Positions 59,399-64,000 of a stretch of 64,000 nt of DNA are shown here, piece by piece. Each line of letters opens with the position of its first letter. The first letter of the stretch is position 1. The stretch covers positions 1 through 64,000 of the forward strand of contig CAJWLU010000010.1 of the NCBI GenBank assembly GCA_913043225.1, read 5' to 3'. The translations under genes and the position numbers were made by a program. The stretch comes from an uncultured Acidobacteriota bacterium. GTDB taxonomy: Bacteria; Acidobacteriota; Vicinamibacteria; Vicinamibacterales; UBA8438. Under the pieces are notes generated by a model that worked only from the letters and a program-made list of their open reading frames with translations, did no database searches and had not been told where the DNA came from.

Positions 59399-60676
59399 AT
59401 GAAGATACTGGTGGTCGGTAGCGGCGCGCGTGAGCATGCGCTCGCCTGGAAGCTGGGCCGTGAAGCCGGCGTCCGGGAGGTTGTGTGCGCGCCGGGCAAC
59501 GCCGGCACCAGTGAGGTGGCGCGCGCCCTCGATCTCGACATGTCCGACCCGGCGGCCGTCCTGGCCTTGGCCGAGGCGGAGGACATCGACTTGACGGTGG
59601 TGGGACCCGAACTACCCCTGGCGCTAGGGGTTCAGGATCGGTTTGCGGCTGCCGGGCGTGTCCTGTTCGGTCCCAGTCAGGCTGCCGCGCGACTCGAGTC
59701 GAGTAAGGCGTTTGCCAAGGAATTCATGCAGCGACACGAGGTGCCGACTGCTAGATTCGCCGTGCACGACACAGCCGAGGGGGCACTGGCGTCTGTGGCG
59801 GGCGAGCAGTTCGGCTTTCCAGTCGTGGTCAAGGCCGACGGCCTGGCCGCTGGAAAGGGCGTCACCGTTGCGTCGGATCGCGGCTCGGCCGAGGCGGCGA
59901 TCCGGGAGGCGATGCTTGACGATCGCTTTGGCGATGCTGGCCGTCGGGTGGTGATCGAGGAATGTCTCGTTGGTCCTGAGGCTTCGTATTTCGCCATCTG
60001 CGACGGGCGAGCGGCGCTCGCCCTACCGACGGCCCAGGACCACAAACGCGCTTACGACGACGACCAGGGACCCAACACCGGAGGGATGGGTGCGTTTTCG
60101 CCCAGTCCGCTGGTGACCCCGGCCGTCGAGCGGCGCATCCGTGAGGAGATCGTCGGACCGGTGCTCGAGGGGCTGGCCGCCGAAGGAGCGGCGTATCACG
60201 GGTTCCTGTATGTCGGTTTGATGCTGACCGTAGATGGGCCCAAGGTCATCGAGTTCAACGTCCGGCTCGGAGATCCGGAGGCGCAGGTCGTTCTGCCGAT
60301 GGTTGAGGATTCGCTCGCGCCGATGCTGGCGGCGGCCGCGGCTGGCAGTCTCTCGACCTCGGTGTGTCGCCACACGACTGACCCGCATGTCGGGGTGGTC
60401 CTTGCCTCGGGCGGCTATCCTGGGGCTTACGCGAAGGGCCTGCCGATCAGTGGACTCGACCAGACGGCCGAACAGGAAGGCGTGTTGGTGTTCCATGCCG
60501 GTACTAGGCTCGACGGTGACTCGGTGGTGACGACCGGCGGCCGGGTGCTGACCGTGGTCGGCCGGGGAGCAGACTATGGCGCCGCCATTGCGCGGGCCTA
60601 TGCGGCGGAGCAGTGTGTGACGTTTACCGATAAGCAGGTGCGGACCGATATCGGACGCAAGGCCCTGCGGTCTTGA
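59399..60676 (+). CDS. purD: Phosphoribosylamine-glycine ligase
   Basis: GSGAREHA, KADGLAAGKGV, QDHKR, NTGGMG, EFNVRLGDPE. Confidence 0.97.
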   Translation: MKILVVGSGAREHALAWKLGREAGVREVVCAPGNAGTSEVARALDLDMSDPAAVLALAEAEDIDLTVVGPELPLALGVQDRFAAAGRVLFGPSQAAARLESSKAFAKEFMQRHEVPTARFAVHDTAEGALASVAGEQFGFPVVVKADGLAAGKGVTVASDRGSAEAAIREAMLDDRFGDAGRRVVIEECLVGPEASYFAICDGRAALALPTAQDHKRAYDDDQGPNTGGMGAFSPSPLVTPAVERRIREEIVGPVLEGLAAEGAAYHGFLYVGLMLTVDGPKVIEFNVRLGDPEAQVVLPMVEDSLAPMLAAAAAGSLSTSVCRHTTDPHVGVVLASGGYPGAYAKGLPISGLDQTAEQEGVLVFHAGTRLDGDSVVTTGGRVLTVVGRGADYGAAIARAYAAEQCVTFTDKQVRTDIGRKALRS

Positions 60677-60694
60677 CGGAGAAGGGTGAGGGAG

Positions 60695-61192
60695 ATGAGT
60701 GATCTGCAAGTGCAAGTGCTGATGGGGTCCGGGTCCGACGCGGACGTGATGGCCAATACCGTGCGCACCCTGCGCGACCTCGGCATTTCGAGCGAGATGA
60801 CCGTGGCCTCGGCGCACCGTTCACCGGCTCGGGTCCAGAAGGTGATGGAGGAGGCGATCGTCAGAGGGGTGAAGGTGTTCGTGGTCGGTGCCGGTGCTGC
60901 CGCCCACTTGGCCGGCGTCGTGGCGGCGCACACCGCGCTGCCCGTCATAGGGGTGCCGATCGACTCGTCGCCGCTAAAGGGTTTCGACTCGTTGCTCGCC
61001 ACGGTGCAGATGCCGCCGGGCGTGCCGGTCGCAACCGTGGCCGTCGGCAAGGCGGGCGCAACCAACGCCGCCGTGCTGGCGGCTCAGATCCTCGCTATCG
61101 GCGATCCGGCCGTGGCGGAGCAGGTAGATGCCTACCGGGTGAAGCAGACCGCCAAGGTCGAGAAGGCGGCGGCCGAGCTGGTCCAGCCTTGA
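60695..61192 (+). CDS. purE: N5-carboxyaminoimidazole ribonucleotide mutase
   Basis: MGSGSD, SAHRSP, AAHLAG, QMPPGVPVATV. Confidence 0.95.
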   Translation: MSDLQVQVLMGSGSDADVMANTVRTLRDLGISSEMTVASAHRSPARVQKVMEEAIVRGVKVFVVGAGAAAHLAGVVAAHTALPVIGVPIDSSPLKGFDSLLATVQMPPGVPVATVAVGKAGATNAAVLAAQILAIGDPAVAEQVDAYRVKQTAKVEKAAAELVQP

Positions 61193-61206
61193 GGAAACCA
61201 GCTTCG

Positions 61207-62196
61207 CTACCGCCCCAACAACGTCAACAGCAGCGCCTTTTGGGTGTGGAGTCTGTTCTCCGCCTGGTCGAAGACCGCTGAACGTGGCCCGTCGAGGACG
61301 TCGGCATCGACCTCCTCGCCACGGTGGGCTGGCAGACAGTGCATGAAGAAGGCATCCGGTCCTGCCAGATCCATCAGTGCGGATGAGACCCGATAGCCTT
61401 CGAACGCCTGCATCCGGCGGGCACTTTCCGCTTCCTGTCCCATCGAGGTCCAGACGTCCGTGTACACCGCATCGGCGCCCTCCACCGCCTCGGACGGGTC
61501 GGTGACTTGGACGATCTCCATCCCTCCCGAACCGCGGGCCCGTGCCGCGGCCAGGGTCGATTCAGGTAGCTGATAGGCCTCCGGCGACGCGAGTCTCAGG
61601 TTCATTCCCAGCGTGACGGCGGCGTGAGTCAGCGAGGTGGCGACGTTGTTGCCGTCACCCACGTAGGCCAGCGTGCGTCCCCGGACCGAGCCGCAGCGTT
61701 CGGCAATGGTGAGGCAGTCGGCCAGGGCCTGACAGGGATGCTCCTCGTTGGTCAGAGCGTTGACCACTCTGAGTTGTGCCGTGGCGTTGACGAACTCCTG
61801 AAGCCGTGACTGCTCGAAAGTCCGGATGGCGGCCACCGAGACCCATCGCTCCAGGGTGCGGGCCACGTCGGCGAGCGTCTCCCGGGTGCCGAGCGCGTCC
61901 GCCGACGGCGGGCACGTGACGTTGCCGCCGAGCTCCCGCATTGCGATCTCGAATCCGGTACGGGTCCTGAGCGAGGGTTTGTCGAACAGCAGGGCCAATG
62001 ACTGCCCCGCCAGGGCGCGCGCGGTCGGCGCGTCGGGCCCCAGCGCCCGTTCCTTTTTCAGACGCCCCGCCAGCGCGAGCACCGCTTCGAGCGCGCTCGG
62101 GGTCAGATCGAGTACGGACAGGTAGGTCCGGCCCGGCGCTCGGAGTGCTGTCCGGGCAGCCTGGTTCGACTTGGGCGTAGGCGATGTGGTCGTCAT
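61207..62196 (-). CDS. argF: Ornithine carbamoyltransferase
   Basis: SLRTR, HPCQ, GDGNNV, DVWTSMG, HCLP. Confidence 0.93.
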   Translation of the reverse strand: MTTTSPTPKSNQAARTALRAPGRTYLSVLDLTPSALEAVLALAGRLKKERALGPDAPTARALAGQSLALLFDKPSLRTRTGFEIAMRELGGNVTCPPSADALGTRETLADVARTLERWVSVAAIRTFEQSRLQEFVNATAQLRVVNALTNEEHPCQALADCLTIAERCGSVRGRTLAYVGDGNNVATSLTHAAVTLGMNLRLASPEAYQLPESTLAAARARGSGGMEIVQVTDPSEAVEGADAVYTDVWTSMGQEAESARRMQAFEGYRVSSALMDLAGPDAFFMHCLPAHRGEEVDADVLDGPRSAVFDQAENRLHTQKALLLTLLGR

Positions 62197-62207
62197 GGTC
62201 GTAGGGG

Positions 62208-63410
62208 TCAGGTCCGATAGTCGGCGTTGATCCGCACGTACTCGGCGCTGAAGTCACAGGTCCAGGCGGTAAACGACGCTGTGCCGCCGGTGCCAAGGTC
62301 GACGATTAGGGAGACCTCATCCTGCTTTAGGTGCGCGGCCGCTTCCGGTTCCCGATCGGCATACACCGTTTCGTGGCCGAAGAGCTCGACAGGCCCGACG
62401 AAGACTCTGGCCCGAGTCGGCTCGAAGGCCACCCCGGCGCGGCCCGCCACTGCCACCAGTCGTCCCCAGTTCGGATCTTCGCCATGGACCGCCGTCTTGA
62501 CGAGCGGGGAGTTGGCCATGGCCTTGGCGGCCTGTCGCGCCTCGTCGACCGATCCCGCGCCGGCGACGTGAATCGAGACCAGCTTCGACGCACCCTCGCC
62601 GCCGCGCACGATTGCCAACGCCAGTTCGTGACAGACTGCATGGAGCGCTTCGACGAAGTGCGGGTAGAGGCCCTCGTCGATCTGCACGCCGGAGCTACCG
62701 CCAGCGAGTAGGAGCACCATGTCGTTTGTCGAGGTCTCACCGTCCACGGTGATGGCGTTGAAGGTTGGGTCTGCTACTTCGCGCAACGCACGGTGGAGCC
62801 CGCCTGGGCTGATCTCGGCGTCGGTGGTCAGGAACGCCAGCATGGTCGCCATGTTCGGCTCGATCATGCCCGCCCCCTTAGCCATCCCGCCGACCCGGAA
62901 CGACCCCGCCGGGGTGTCGGCGCGCACCGCCGTTTCCTTCGACCAGGGGTCGGTGGTCATGATCGCTTCGGCCGCAGCGGTGTGCTGGTCTCGTCCAAGG
63001 GTCTGGGTGGCACTCAAGACGCCAGCCTTGATCTTGGCCGGGTCGAGTGGCGCCCCGATCACACCCGTGGAGGACACCAGCACCTGCTCCGGCGGGCACC
63101 CTACCGCCAGGGCCGTGTCGTCGGCCATGGCCCGGGCGACGTCGAGTCCAGAGGGACCCGTGCATGCGTTGGCGCATCCGCTGTTGACCACCACGGCCCT
63201 AGTGGTTGCGCCCGAGCGAGCAAGGTGTTCGCGGGTTACCACGACCGGCGCCGCCACGGCCAGGTTGGTCGTGAAGATCCCGGCAGCGCGCGCGGCGGGC
63301 GTGGCCACTAGCAACGCCAGGTCCAGCCCTGACGCTTTGATTCCGCACGCCACGCCAGCAGCCGTGAATCCAGCTGGTGCGGTGATGCCGCCCTCGATCC
63401 GTTCCACCAT
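62208..63410 (-). CDS. argJ: Ornithine acetyltransferase / N-acetylglutamate synthase
   Basis: NSGCANA, IMTTD, KGAGMIEPNMATML, STND, NADYRT. Confidence 0.96.
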   Translation of the reverse strand: MVERIEGGITAPAGFTAAGVACGIKASGLDLALLVATPAARAAGIFTTNLAVAAPVVVTREHLARSGATTRAVVVNSGCANACTGPSGLDVARAMADDTALAVGCPPEQVLVSSTGVIGAPLDPAKIKAGVLSATQTLGRDQHTAAAEAIMTTDPWSKETAVRADTPAGSFRVGGMAKGAGMIEPNMATMLAFLTTDAEISPGGLHRALREVADPTFNAITVDGETSTNDMVLLLAGGSSGVQIDEGLYPHFVEALHAVCHELALAIVRGGEGASKLVSIHVAGAGSVDEARQAAKAMANSPLVKTAVHGEDPNWGRLVAVAGRAGVAFEPTRARVFVGPVELFGHETVYADREPEAAAHLKQDEVSLIVDLGTGGTASFTAWTCDFSAEYVRINADYRT

Positions 63411-63432
63411 GATCTCGCTCCGCCAGCGCCGT

Positions 63433-64000
63433 CTAGCCGGTGTGGTTGGCCAGCGCCTGCTCCAGGATGTCCAATGCCCGGTCGATCTCGTCGTCGGTGA
63501 CCGTCAGCGGCGGTAACATCCGCACGACGTTCCCGCCCGTGCGATTGACCAGCAGGCGTCGCTCTTGGGCACCAGCGACCACAGCGATCGCGGCCTTCTC
63601 GGTCATCGCGATGCCTCGCATGAGCCCGGCCCCACGCACCTCCTGGACCACCTCGTGTCGCGCGGCGATCGCCTCCAGACCCTGGCTCAGCCGATCGCCC
63701 GCTTGGCGGACGCGCTCGAGGCCGCCCTGTTCCAGCATGTCGAGGAATACGAGGGCCGCACGGCAGGAAAGCAGGTTGCCGCCGTATGTGGTGCCGTGGT
63801 CGCCCGGGGACACGGCGTCGGCGACCGCCTGGCTCATCAGTAACGCTCCGATCGGCACGCCGCCGCCAAGCGCTTTACCCAGCGACATGAGGTCTGGCTT
63901 GAGCCCCAACGTCGCCGAGTGGAAGGCGGCGCCGGTCCGGCCGAGTCCGCACTGAATCTCGTCGGCGATGAGCAGCGTGCCGCTTCGGCGGCACCCGACC
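63433..64000 (-). CDS. argD: Acetylornithine aminotransferase (partial; starts beyond the window)
   Basis: DEIQCGLGRTG, KALGGG, HGTTYGGN; upstream of argJ and argF. Confidence 0.9.
   Translation of the reverse strand, partial: VGCRRSGTLLIADEIQCGLGRTGAAFHSATLGLKPDLMSLGKALGGGVPIGALLMSQAVADAVSPGDHGTTYGGNLLSCRAALVFLDMLEQGGLERVRQAGDRLSQGLEAIAARHEVVQEVRGAGLMRGIAMTEKAAIAVVAGAQERRLLVNRTGGNVVRMLPPLTVTDDEIDRALDILEQALANHTG

Noticed and set aside
61207..62196. N-acetyl- or succinyl-ornithine carbamoyltransferase, suggested by SLRT
   Set aside because: The DxxxSMG ornithine-binding loop is intact and argJ is adjacent, consistent with a standard OTC.

Overview
GC-rich bacterial chromosomal segment. Gene content suggests Acidobacteriota (Vicinamibacteria-like; inference from an acidobacterial-type VWA protein, an ADOP-permease remnant and a PDZ-GAF-PAS kinase). 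Genes are mostly housekeeping or envelope-related: moxR-DUF58-batA-batB, a cytochrome c/PQQ dehydrogenase cluster, peptidases, an aminotransferase-selD-bcp-Trx/NHL cluster, serC, pcnB, polA, ino1, a methylmalonyl-CoA mutase subunit, gpmI, a sigma54 two-component system, four tandem GT4 glycosyltransferases with a UbiA-family gene, rpsU, purD, purE, argF, argJ and argD. No rRNA, tRNA, CRISPR array or intact mobile element was recognised. The most notable signals are: (1) a sigma70 promoter overlapped by two tandem NrdR-like boxes, driving a small unknown protein rather than a ribonucleotide reductase; (2) a PLP enzyme translationally coupled to a flavoprotein-SelD fusion; (3) batB running in frame into a compositionally foreign sulfite reductase fragment at the window edge, probably a chimera; (4) several decayed genes and a homopolymer frameshift; (5) repeated leaderless-type promoters. 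All calls come from motif reading; no searches were run.
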